A DNA stretch of 15,336 nt from a virus. The DNA is taken from the UHGV virus genome UHGV-1739098. One strand, given 5' to 3'. Below are positions 1 to 6,820 of the stretch, one piece after another. The translations under genes were made by a program, and so were the position numbers. Within the stretch, counting starts at the first letter, position 1, and every line of letters begins with the position of its first letter. Below the pieces are notes generated by a model. The model had not been told where the DNA came from and did not search any database. It saw only the letters and a list, made by a program, of their open reading frames with translations.

Positions 1-278
1 CCATTCCCGGCAAGGTTAGGAACAACATCCTGCTGCTTTAATGCTGCGGTAAACACACACTTCCAGCTTTCTGCATCCAGCCAGCGACCATGCCATTCAA
101 CCTGACGAGAGACGTCACCAAGGCAAGCCCAAAGCTTTCGATTCTGGTCTAAGCTGCGGTTGCGTTCCTGAATGGTTACTACGATTGGTTTGGTTGGGTC
201 TGGAAGGATTTGCTGTACTGCGTGAATAGCGTTTTGCTGATGTGCCGGAGATCGAATTTCAAAGGTCAGTTTTTTCAT
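1..278 (-). CDS. ninB: NinB recombination protein, N-terminal part; the gene runs off the left edge of the window
   Basis: Reverse-complement translation from ATG at 278-276 gives MKKLTFEIRSPAHQQNAIHAVQQILPDPTKPIVVTIQERNRSLDQNRKLWACLGDVSRQVEWHGRWLDAESWKCVFTAALKQQDVVPNLAGNG with no stop to position 1. This matches my recollection of the lambda NinB N-terminus. It is absent from the ORF track because it is truncated. Confidence 0.8.
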   Translation of the reverse strand, partial: MKKLTFEIRSPAHQQNAIHAVQQILPDPTKPIVVTIQERNRSLDQNRKLWACLGDVSRQVEWHGRWLDAESWKCVFTAALKQQDVVPNLAGN

Positions 279-471
279 GACTTCCCTCTCTAACAGATTT
301 CAGGTTATTCCACTCCGTTACCGCACTGCGATAATTCGCGGCCGCCACAGCAGCGTGGTTAGCGCAGTAGATTTGGCACCCGTTCTCCATGTCGAATATT
401 GTCGGTGATTTTCCGCATTTACATTTTTTGGCACGCGGTGCGTCTGAACACATTCCGTTAACGGTGTCCAT
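259..471 (-). CDS. Hypothetical Cys-rich 70-aa protein between the helicase gene and ninB (the position ren occupies in lambda)
   Basis: ORF-track ORF with a GAGGGGGA Shine-Dalgarno a few nt upstream of the ATG. It has Cys clusters (CKCG, CQIYC). Its 3-prime end overlaps the ninB start by about 20 nt. Confidence 0.5.
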   Translation of the reverse strand: MDTVNGMCSDAPRAKKCKCGKSPTIFDMENGCQIYCANHAAVAAANYRSAVTEWNNLKSVREGSHEKTDL

Positions 472-497
472 CAGGATCCCCCTCGTTCTTAATCCAA

Positions 498-525
498 TAA
501 AAAAGGGCTACTGTGTAAATAGCCC
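498..525 (-). terminator. Candidate intrinsic terminator downstream of the helicase gene (tR2-like position)
   Basis: Plus strand reads aataaaaaa-GGGCTA-ctgtgtaaa-TAGCCC. On the minus strand this is a 6-bp stem followed by a run of six U. Confidence 0.5.
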
Positions 526-555
526 CTGTTATTAGCTCAGTGATGTAGATGGTCA

Positions 556-1992
556 TCAGAATCCTCCTTTCTTCTTGGACTGCGGTTCCTCGCGTTCACG
601 TCGGCGCATTTCAGCAGACTGTTGGTCTGTGTCATAAATAGCGCCATTTGCCTGAATGCAATACACCGTGCCGGTATTGCCATGACGATTGAGACGAAGG
701 ATTAGTTCGGTTTCACCAGGAGGAACGCTGTCATCAAAAGCACCTTCCCGATGGATCCCAACCCAATAATCGCAATCCTGTTCAATCTGCCCTGTATCTC
801 GTGAGTCACTTGGTAATGGGCGTTTATTGGTTCTGCTTTCCAGTGCGCGGTTAAGCTGCGTCAGAAGCACAACAACGCAATCAAGCTCTTTGGCAAGGTT
901 CTTCAGTCCTTTGGTGATCATGCCGTAAGCAAGGTCGTTGCGATCGGCCTTCTCAGCGGTCATTAGTGTCAGGTAATCGACCAGAATCATGCCAACACAT
1001 CCTTTTTCTCGCTTGATTCGACGGCTTTCGCTAACGATTTGAGCCAGAGATAATCCCGGCGTGTCGTCGATGTAAAGCAGGTCGATTTCACTCAAACGAT
1101 TAGCTGTTTCGATCGCCCTGTTGAAGTCACCATCGTAATCACCCTGATAGCCGTCATCAGCGTCATTTGTCGCCGGAAGGTAAAAAATATTCGGGTTAAC
1201 ACCAGACTTCTGCCCTACCAGTTTTTCCAGTATCTGATCACCTGGCATTTCAAGGCTGAACATCAGAGCGGGCTTTTTCTCATGCACTGCGCAGTTGATT
1301 GCCATCTGGCTGTATAGCGTCGTTTTCCCCATCTTAGGGCGAGCGCCAATGACAAACAGAGAGCCTTTCACCAGACCTTTCGGTGACAGCATCCTGTCCA
1401 GCGATGGGATCCCTGTGCTCATTCCTCGTTGTTCGCCTGACGGGTCAAATCGCTTCTCAAGGTCGCTAACCCAGCCTTCCATGACCTCACCAAATGAACG
1501 AAGGCCGCGACGCGATCCGGTTTTTGCATGGTCTGTCAGTTGCGTGAAAATCGACTGAATAGCTTCGTACTTCTGTGTTGCAGTCATTCCGTTGCGGGAA
1601 TAGAGCAATTCCGTCGCTTCAGTCATGCGGTTGATGGCGTAGCGTTCCATTGCGGTTTCACGAACCTGCATTGCATAGGCAACGATGTTTGCGGCGCTTG
1701 GCGTGTTCTTTGCGATCTCAGCGATATAAGCAAAACCGCCAACAGACGCCGTTAACGATTTACGCTCCAGTTCATCGAAAAGCGTCAGGCCATCTACTGG
1801 CTTTTGCTCCCGGTGCATTCTGGTTATTTCTTCGAAAATGATTTTGTGTGGTCGGCTGTAAAATGAATCAGGCTTCAGCATCGCCAGAACTTTCTGGACG
1901 CGCTCACTGCTGTCATCATCCAGAAGCAATCCACCAATCACCGCCTGCTCTGCCTCGATGCTATGGGGCGGCGCATAAAAATTATCGGTCAT
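556..1992 (-). CDS. DnaB-family replicative DNA helicase (P22 gene 12-like)
   Basis: DnaB N-terminal signature HSIEAEQAVIGGLLLD and Walker A motif GARPKMGKTT. The ORF track starts at a GTG at 2007; the ATG at 1992 preceded by GAGGG is the more likely start. Confidence 0.9.
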   Translation of the reverse strand: MTDNFYAPPHSIEAEQAVIGGLLLDDDSSERVQKVLAMLKPDSFYSRPHKIIFEEITRMHREQKPVDGLTLFDELERKSLTASVGGFAYIAEIAKNTPSAANIVAYAMQVRETAMERYAINRMTEATELLYSRNGMTATQKYEAIQSIFTQLTDHAKTGSRRGLRSFGEVMEGWVSDLEKRFDPSGEQRGMSTGIPSLDRMLSPKGLVKGSLFVIGARPKMGKTTLYSQMAINCAVHEKKPALMFSLEMPGDQILEKLVGQKSGVNPNIFYLPATNDADDGYQGDYDGDFNRAIETANRLSEIDLLYIDDTPGLSLAQIVSESRRIKREKGCVGMILVDYLTLMTAEKADRNDLAYGMITKGLKNLAKELDCVVVLLTQLNRALESRTNKRPLPSDSRDTGQIEQDCDYWVGIHREGAFDDSVPPGETELILRLNRHGNTGTVYCIQANGAIYDTDQQSAEMRRREREEPQSKKKGGF

Positions 1993-2881
1993 CGTGTTCA
2001 CCCTCACGAACTTTCAGGTAGGTATTATCGTTAAGCAGGAAATCAAATCCCTTTTTGTGCCAGACGGTTCCGCGCTGATGGTTTGGGCGCTCTTCGAACA
2101 TCCATCGGCAATTTTCGCCTACGTAGCTCAAATAATTTCTCCAGTCCTGCATCGTGAACCCATGCCCGTCAAGCTGGCGGGTTATCACTCCGGCTTTGCG
2201 CCAGAACGTTCGGATCTGGTTTTTACGCTTGTCATTCAGTGCGCGGATTCTTGGCGCTTCAGGAAGGATTTCGTGGTAAGCATCGACAACATCCTGACAG
2301 CTGACGGGAGGTTTTTTCTTGTCAGACTTTTTGTCTGCTGTGGCACTCTCTAATACGTCAGTATTAGAGATAATATTATTATATTCTTTATCTGTGGTAA
2401 TTTGCTGGTAATCTGCTGGTACAGTATTGCTTACAGGCATTGGTATTGCTGGCTTTGAGGTGGTAATTTGCTGGTAATCTGCTGGTACAAAATTTGACTG
2501 ATAATCGTCATATTTCTCTACCGAGAAAACTGAGAATTTACCGTGTGAAACCCAGTCAATCATGCCGAGTTTTTTGAACTTTCTAAGCAGGTACTGAACG
2601 CGATCTGGTTTGAGTCCTGTTTCAAACGCCAGAGAGTTTCTACCGCCAAGTAGCTTCCCTCTGCCTACCAGAATTTCTCCTGCGTCAGTCATTACATACT
2701 CAGGCGTATGCTTTGCTTTGAGGATTAAGTGAACCCACAGATGCGATGCTTCTGCGTCCTTGTAAAACGGCACATCCATAATTTTACGGTGCAGCAAGGC
2801 ATACCCCTTACCGCTGCTTTGATGCGGTTGTTGTAGCCTTCTGGCCTCTCTGGCTTCGGCTAGATTAGATATGTTACTCAT
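1982..2881 (-). CDS. Replication initiation protein (lambda O / P22 gene 18-like) carrying the ori iterons
   Basis: Sits immediately upstream of, and overlaps, the helicase gene. AAGGAG Shine-Dalgarno. An internal exact 29-bp direct repeat gives a protein-level repeat [10 protein letters not shown], and an AT-rich tract lies next to it, which is the lambdoid ori layout. Confidence 0.75.
   Translation of the reverse strand: MSNISNLAEAREARRLQQPHQSSGKGYALLHRKIMDVPFYKDAEASHLWVHLILKAKHTPEYVMTDAGEILVGRGKLLGGRNSLAFETGLKPDRVQYLLRKFKKLGMIDWVSHGKFSVFSVEKYDDYQSNFVPADYQQITTSKPAIPMPVSNTVPADYQQITTDKEYNNIISNTDVLESATADKKSDKKKPPVSCQDVVDAYHEILPEAPRIRALNDKRKNQIRTFWRKAGVITRQLDGHGFTMQDWRNYLSYVGENCRWMFEERPNHQRGTVWHKKGFDFLLNDNTYLKVREGEHDDR
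2395..2489. repeat. Putative origin of replication: iteron array inside the initiator gene
   Basis: tggtaatttgctggtaatctgctggtaca occurs exactly twice (2395-2423 and 2461-2489). Each copy holds sub-repeats TGGTAAT(t/c)TGC. An AT-rich tract (taatattattatattctttatc, about 2370-2393) is adjacent. Confidence 0.6.
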
Positions 2882-3020
2882 GACCTTTCTCCTTCTGCAT
2901 CAGCTTCACTTTTTCCAACTCAGCCCGGAATCGACCAGGCTGCTTGAAGCTGGACAGGAAGCGATCACGTAGTATGTTTTTGTGCATTTTGTCCTGGTAA
3001 GGACTGAGTGGTTTTGTCAT
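2874..3020 (-). CDS. Hypothetical 48-aa protein, translationally coupled between the 134-aa ORF and the initiator gene
   Basis: Its ATG (3020-3018) overlaps the TAA of the upstream ORF as TAATG. Translation [48 protein letters not shown]. Its 3-prime end overlaps the initiator start. Not in the ORF track (under 60 aa). Confidence 0.4.
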   Translation of the reverse strand: MTKPLSPYQDKMHKNILRDRFLSSFKQPGRFRAELEKVKLMQKEKGHE

Positions 3021-3424
3021 TAAGCCTCCTCTACTTCGTAATCAGCGAAGTAACCGGTAGACATTTTTAAAAACCTTGATTCGGTGACTGTGTAAGCCTT
3101 CCTGCCTTTCCTCTCCTTGCCTTCAGGCTCTATGAGGTGGCACGAATAAATGATTCTGCGCTGCCAGTTGCCTGGCATTTCCACCACTGCCAGAACCTCA
3201 AGAATTCTCTTTCCTTCAGCATCAGCGGTGTAAAAACACTGATCACCATAACCACAATCGGCTGGCTCATAATTTTTGTGACAACCGCCAATCCAGCGCT
3301 CATCGGTATCCACGTTGCCGTCATAAGACTGATAATCTGTGCATACTAAGATAAATGGATATACGGTTTCGAACTTGTCACCGGCCTTTATGCCGGTGTT
3401 TACTTGCTTGGTTTGTCCTGGCAT
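3020..3424 (-). CDS. Hypothetical 134-aa protein inserted between cII and the replication genes
   Basis: ORF-track ORF with a strong AGGAG Shine-Dalgarno. Cys/His-containing ([16 protein letters not shown]). No family recognised. Confidence 0.6.
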   Translation of the reverse strand: MPGQTKQVNTGIKAGDKFETVYPFILVCTDYQSYDGNVDTDERWIGGCHKNYEPADCGYGDQCFYTADAEGKRILEVLAVVEMPGNWQRRIIYSCHLIEPEGKERKGRKAYTVTESRFLKMSTGYFADYEVEEA

Positions 3425-3456
3425 AATTACTCCTGTGGATTGATCCAGTAATTCCC

Positions 3457-3753
3457 TCAGAATTGCATATCAATTTGCTTAAAATCCTCGGTGGCGGCCG
3501 GGTATTTTTTCTTTGTGATTTCATCAAGCGCATACTTAAAAGCCCTACTAATCGGACTGATGTCTGATGCCATTCCGAAAGCACACAAGACCGAAGCAAT
3601 AAATCTCCAGTCCGTTCTGCTTATCTTCGATTCATGACAGCCAATCATCTTTGCCAGACCGCGCTGGGTAAGCGTTGACAGGTTGATGAGTAAATCAGTT
3701 TCAGCGCGATCAATTTCTCGCTGTGTTGGCTTGCTGTAACTTGCTTGTGTCAT
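3457..3753 (-). CDS. cII: CII-like transcriptional activator
   Basis: 98 aa. The C-terminal KKKYPAATEDFKQIDMQF resembles lambda CII KKRPAATERSEQIQMEF. Lies immediately downstream of cro, as in lambda. A TTGC-N6-TTGC motif sits in its first codons on the opposite strand. Confidence 0.75.
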   Translation of the reverse strand: MTQASYSKPTQREIDRAETDLLINLSTLTQRGLAKMIGCHESKISRTDWRFIASVLCAFGMASDISPISRAFKYALDEITKKKYPAATEDFKQIDMQF

Positions 3754-3763
3754 TTCTTAATAT
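3731..3763 (+). promoter_or_regulatory. Candidate pRE (CII-activated promoter for repressor establishment)
   Basis: TTGC-tgtaac-TTGC at 3731-3744 is the CII recognition pattern TTGC-N6-TTGC. TAATAT follows at 3758-3763. It lies within and antisense to the 5-prime end of cII and points toward cro and cI, as lambda pRE does. Confidence 0.5.
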
Positions 3764-3791
3764 TTCCAATAGTGAATAGTTAGTTGAAAGG

Positions 3792-3809
3792 TATGCGTGG
3801 AAACGCATA
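3792..3809 (-). terminator. Hairpin between nutR and cII (tR1-like position)
   Basis: 7-bp perfect stem tatgcgt/acgcata with a 4-nt loop. On the minus strand it is followed by CCUUUC, which is only weakly U-rich, so it may be Rho-dependent or a structural element. Confidence 0.3.
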
Positions 3810-3838
3810 TGACCTTAGTTGGTCAGATATCTTGGGGC

Positions 3839-3884
3839 TCGCTTTGTCAGCGACGTAGGACGAATGTCCATTGTGAAAATAGCG
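3839..3884 (-). promoter_or_regulatory. nutR: boxA-like plus boxB hairpin
   Basis: Minus-strand boxB is UCGCUGACAAAGCGA (3853-3839), nearly identical to the nutL boxB. Upstream on the minus strand is CGCTATTTTCACA (3884-3872), resembling lambda boxA CGCTCTTACACA. Confidence 0.55.
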
Positions 3885-3891
3885 GTGTTAC

Positions 3892-4137
3892 TTATGCTGC
3901 CTGATTCGGTTTTGGAAACAGGTGTGGCAAATCGGGGCGAATTTCGTAAGCCTTGATCTGCCCTCCAGTGGCGTTAACGATGGCGGTAACTTTCTCTGGA
4001 GAGACCAACCCGCCTTTCAGCCATTTGTGTACTGCTGGCTGCGTTACACCACACTTGTCGGCAAGGCGCTTTTGGCTACCGACAATTTTCAAGGCTCGTT
4101 GAATTACTAAATTCATGAGCATACCTCTTGTGGTCAT
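3892..4137 (-). CDS. cro: Cro-like HTH repressor (YdaS/DUF1019-like)
   Basis: HTH segment KRLADKCGVTQPAVHKWL and a C-terminal TGGQIKAYEIRPDL motif typical of YdaS-type Cro proteins. Divergent from cI across the operator region. The true start is probably the ATG at 4116 (M-N-L-V-I), 9 nt after AAGAGG. Confidence 0.75.
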   Translation of the reverse strand: MTTRGMLMNLVIQRALKIVGSQKRLADKCGVTQPAVHKWLKGGLVSPEKVTAIVNATGGQIKAYEIRPDLPHLFPKPNQAA

Positions 4138-4149
4138 TAGTTATAACCA

Positions 4150-4215
4150 AAGATAACTCAAGTTATAAAAAATAGCAATAACCTTTGTTATTTTACTTTG
4201 GATAACCGTAGTTAT
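4150..4215. promoter_or_regulatory. OR region: three operators overlapping pR and probably pRM
   Basis: Three 14-bp palindromes ATAAC-N4-GTTAT at 4153-4166, 4178-4191 and 4202-4215, with centres 24-25 bp apart. Minus-strand pR: -35 TTGCTA (4178-4173), 17-bp spacer, -10 TATCTT (4155-4150), overlapping O1 and O2. Confidence 0.6.
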
Positions 4216-4227
4216 AGATTTGTGGGT

Positions 4228-4935
4228 ATGAAAACATTCGCAGAAAGACTAAATGCAGCCATGAGCTCAGCAGGGGTATCACAATCACAGCTTGCTGACA
4301 TGGTTGGAATATCTCAGCCAGCCATACAGAAGATGTCGTCCGGTAAAACAAACGGATCTCGCAAGATGGTTGAATTAGCCAATGCTTTAAAAGTGCGTCC
4401 TGAATGGCTTAGTTCTGGTATTGGTGAAATGAGGGATGGTGCACATGAAGAACCATCCAATGTCCGTGAGTCATCTTTAAAAGCTGTGGTATGGGAAGAC
4501 ATTAAAAGAAACGATGACGAGTTTGTTGCGTTGCCTCTTCTTAACGTTTCGCTTTCAGCTGGAAGCGGTAGCTGCGAGCTAGAGGAATCATCGGAGTTCT
4601 CTTTGGTTTTCAGAAAGCACTATCTGAAAAAGATGGGAGTATCTGAAAGATCAGCCAAGCTAGTTAGGGTTGTAGGGCAAAGCATGGAACCAACCCTTCA
4701 CGATGGCGATGTTGTTGGTGTTAACACGCAAGATACCACAATCAGAGATGGTAAAACCTACGCTATTTGCCAGTCTGATTTGTTACGAGTAAAAACATTA
4801 ATCGCCACCCCTACATCGGTGATAATCAGATCAATAAATCGCGAAGAGTACCCGGATGAAGTAATGGATAGAGATGAATTTCATGAAACCGTAAGGATTA
4901 TTGGCAGAGTATTCTGGTCGTCTCATAGTTGGTAA
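4228..4935 (+). CDS. cI: CI-type repressor with N-terminal HTH and C-terminal S24 (LexA-like) autopeptidase domain
   Basis: HTH region QSQLADMVGISQPAIQKM. S24 motifs VVGQSMEPTLHDGDVV and a later K. The ORF-track start at 4198 is a TTG that sits inside operator O2/O3; the ATG at 4228, just past O3, is more likely. Confidence 0.85.
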   Translation: MKTFAERLNAAMSSAGVSQSQLADMVGISQPAIQKMSSGKTNGSRKMVELANALKVRPEWLSSGIGEMRDGAHEEPSNVRESSLKAVVWEDIKRNDDEFVALPLLNVSLSAGSGSCELEESSEFSLVFRKHYLKKMGVSERSAKLVRVVGQSMEPTLHDGDVVGVNTQDTTIRDGKTYAICQSDLLRVKTLIATPTSVIIRSINREEYPDEVMDRDEFHETVRIIGRVFWSSHSW

Positions 4936-4975
4936 CCGATAATCAGAAGAAGACTTACGGAAGTGCGGAGGGATA

Positions 4976-5272
4976 ATGGAATTTCTGATAGTTTTTGTTG
5001 TTGTTTTGGTCATCATTCTTTTTGTTTTGCTAAGCATTAGCAAAAAGCTATCTCAAATGATTGAACATAGCTCTAATCGCGCAAAAGAAGAAGAGCATAT
5101 AATTGATATAAAAGAGATTCTCTCTGATATAAAAATCACATTAGATGAAATAAAATACACAACAGATCTAATTGAACAGTATAAAATACCAACCCCAAAC
5201 GAGAGAAAAGCAATAGATCAATATCGTATTGACTTAGAAATCGACGAAATGCTAAGCAAAAGAAAAGACTAA
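4976..5272 (+). CDS. Hypothetical 98-aa membrane protein (N-terminal transmembrane helix plus charged helical tail); moron at the rex-equivalent position
   Basis: GGAGGG Shine-Dalgarno 5 nt before the ATG. N-terminus EFLIVFVVVLVIILFVLLSI. Visibly very AT-rich compared with cI. Followed by a terminator. Confidence 0.6.
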   Translation: MEFLIVFVVVLVIILFVLLSISKKLSQMIEHSSNRAKEEEHIIDIKEILSDIKITLDEIKYTTDLIEQYKIPTPNERKAIDQYRIDLEIDEMLSKRKD

Positions 5273-5277
5273 AAACA

Positions 5278-5304
5278 CCAGGCCTCAGCGCCGGGTTTTC
5301 TTTT
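5278..5304 (+). terminator. Candidate intrinsic terminator ending the cI / 98-aa transcript
   Basis: GC-rich imperfect stem (ccaggcctcagcgccggg) followed by ttttcttttcc. Confidence 0.45.
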
Positions 5305-5469
5305 CCTGCCGTTCACCACCCAATCAACCATCCTCATCATAGACAAGCATCAAGCCAAAGGTAACACCTTCACCCCGCACGCAAGCCCTCAAACACCAAT
5401 CAATCAGCAACATTTACAAAAATAAAATACCTTTGTTATCCATCACTTATAACTTATTTACCATAAAAT

Positions 5470-5511
5470 ATAAATTAGGTTATTGACCACACCTATAACC
5501 TAAGTTATCTT
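5470..5511 (+). promoter_or_regulatory. OL operators and pL promoter
   Basis: OL1 ATAACCTAAGTTAT at 5495-5508 and OL2 ATAAATTAGGTTAT at 5470-5483. pL: -35 TTGACC (5483-5488), 17-bp spacer, -10 TATCTT (5506-5511). Same promoter-operator design as pR. Weaker operator-like half-sites lie further upstream (5427-5460). Confidence 0.55.
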
Positions 5512-5579
5512 TAAGCCATCAGCAGGACGCACTACTCACCATGGCGGTGAATATACAACGATTCGAATATGAATCTACG

Positions 5580-5594
5580 GCGCTGACAAAGCGC
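5580..5594 (+). promoter_or_regulatory. nutL boxB hairpin (P22 type)
   Basis: GCGCTGACAAAGCGC, identical to the P22 nutL boxB as I recall it. Lies between pL and N. Confidence 0.7.
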
Positions 5595-5855
5595 AATAAC
5601 CAAAGTGAACTTTGGGGTGTGGTGAAGCCAGCTAGTCACTGGCAAGTGCTTACCTACTGTTGAGCGGTGAAGCGCTCCCAACGCTAGCAATAGCGTGGAC
5701 GAGATGGGGGGCCGCGGGCGATAAGGCCGCCATAACGCGCACGTTGTCGCATGGAAAAATCACTGGGGTGCCGGTTATACCCCTCCGAATGAGACTCAAC
5801 AAGCTGGAGCTAGACTACCAGCCACCACACCACCAAAGTTCATCAGGAGGTCTAT

Positions 5856-6239
5856 ATGACACGCAGAACTCAGTTCAAAGGCAATTCACGTTCTCGTCGT
5901 CGTGAGCGTTTAAAGGCAAAGGCATTAGCTAACGGCGTACTGGCCCGCGAAGAAGCAATAAGTTCAGAAGTATTACACCGCCCTACTCTAAGCAGATCGC
6001 AGATTCAGGCTAAAGGTACTCACGAAACGCCTGAGCGCATAGAAGACGCTAAGCCAATTAAGTTCATAGCACAGGACGTGATCTGGCAACAGAAAGAATA
6101 CAGACGCAATCTGGAGCGAGCGGCCATTGTGTACGCGAATGAGTTTGGACATAAGCAACCAGAAACTGGTGTATGTCTTCCAAACGTAGCCATTTACTCG
6201 GCAGGCTACCGGAAATCAAAACAACTGACAGCAAGATGA
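5856..6239 (+). CDS. N: N-type transcription antiterminator (P22 gene 24-like)
   Basis: Arginine-rich motif GNSRSRRRERLKAKA near the N-terminus. The C-terminal VAIYSAGYRKSKQLTAR resembles the P22 gp24 C-terminus. GGAGG Shine-Dalgarno. First gene downstream of pL and nutL. Confidence 0.8.
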   Translation: MTRRTQFKGNSRSRRRERLKAKALANGVLAREEAISSEVLHRPTLSRSQIQAKGTHETPERIEDAKPIKFIAQDVIWQQKEYRRNLERAAIVYANEFGHKQPETGVCLPNVAIYSAGYRKSKQLTAR

Positions 6240-6298
6240 CTTGTGTTGGTCGCCAGAAAATGAAATTAGGCAGTAAGCTACTGTATGAGGGGTGAGAT

Positions 6299-6487
6299 AT
6301 GCATAAATGTCAGTTCTGTGGATACATGTTTGAATCAAATGAAATGCAACGTATTTCGTTAAACCTTATCGGTAGGCCATACAACATTTGCCTAGGATGT
6401 AGCGAGAAATACAAAAACAAAGACATGTGGGACGACAATAAAAACGATATCGACTGGAATAAAGTGCCATGTATTGATGATAGTTAA
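6299..6487 (+). CDS. Hypothetical 62-aa zinc-ribbon-like protein (CxxC ... CxxC)
   Basis: GAGGGG Shine-Dalgarno. CQFCG and CLGC motifs. AT-rich. First gene after N. Confidence 0.5.
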   Translation: MHKCQFCGYMFESNEMQRISLNLIGRPYNICLGCSEKYKNKDMWDDNKNDIDWNKVPCIDDS

Positions 6488-6535
6488 AAATAATTATGCC
6501 GCATAGTCGGCCTTCTTTTGGCATAAACAACAGAG

Positions 6536-6820
6536 GTGGATATGAAAGAGTTTAAGGGTACGCCTGGTAAATGGAAGTACACGGTTAGAAACGTCAACGA
6601 GATGATGACTACGTTCCATGGTGTGACGATTGGTGACACATACATTGAAGCAGCAACAAGAAATGAAAGGGAGGATGCGCTACTGATAGCGGCAGCACCT
6701 GATTTGCTTGAAGCACTGCAAGAGCTTGTCTTCCTTTACGAGCATGACGAAGGGTGCAGAGAGTTAACCGAATACAAACGAGCCAAGGCAGCAATCAGCA
6801 AGGCTCTGGGAGGTGAATGA
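6536..6820 (+). CDS. Hypothetical 94-aa protein
   Basis: ORF-track ORF preceded by AGAGGTGG. Overlaps the next ORF by ATGA. Confidence 0.5.
   Translation: MDMKEFKGTPGKWKYTVRNVNEMMTTFHGVTIGDTYIEAATRNEREDALLIAAAPDLLEALQELVFLYEHDEGCRELTEYKRAKAAISKALGGE

Noticed and set aside
1295-1841. Three plus-strand ORFs (87, 75 and 63 aa) inside the helicase gene
   Set aside because: They are antisense to a well-supported DnaB-like gene, have no ribosome-binding sites, and are typical shadow ORFs.
1994-2353. Plus-strand 119-aa ORF inside the initiator gene
   Set aside because: Antisense to the initiator gene with no translation signals.
3130-3349. Overlapping 64-aa (minus) and 70-aa (plus) ORFs inside the 134-aa gene
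   Set aside because: Alternative frames of the same region. The 134-aa frame has the strong ribosome-binding site and fits the operon.
3378-3599. Minus-strand 73-aa ORF overlapping the start of the 134-aa gene and the end of cII
   Set aside because: It is out of frame with two better-supported genes and is basic and low-complexity.
4198-4227. TTG-initiated N-terminal extension of cI (MDNRSYRFVG)
   Set aside because: This stretch coincides with operator O3 and the O2/O3 spacer. The ATG at 4228 directly after O3 is the more plausible start.
5520-5580. A boxA element upstream of the nutL boxB
   Set aside because: No CGCTCTT-like sequence is visible by eye next to boxB at nutL, so I did not annotate one. 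A degenerate boxA may still exist.
5660-5905. Plus-strand 81-aa ORF upstream of and overlapping N
   Set aside because: It lies in the nut/N leader, overlaps the N start in another frame, and has no ribosome-binding site.
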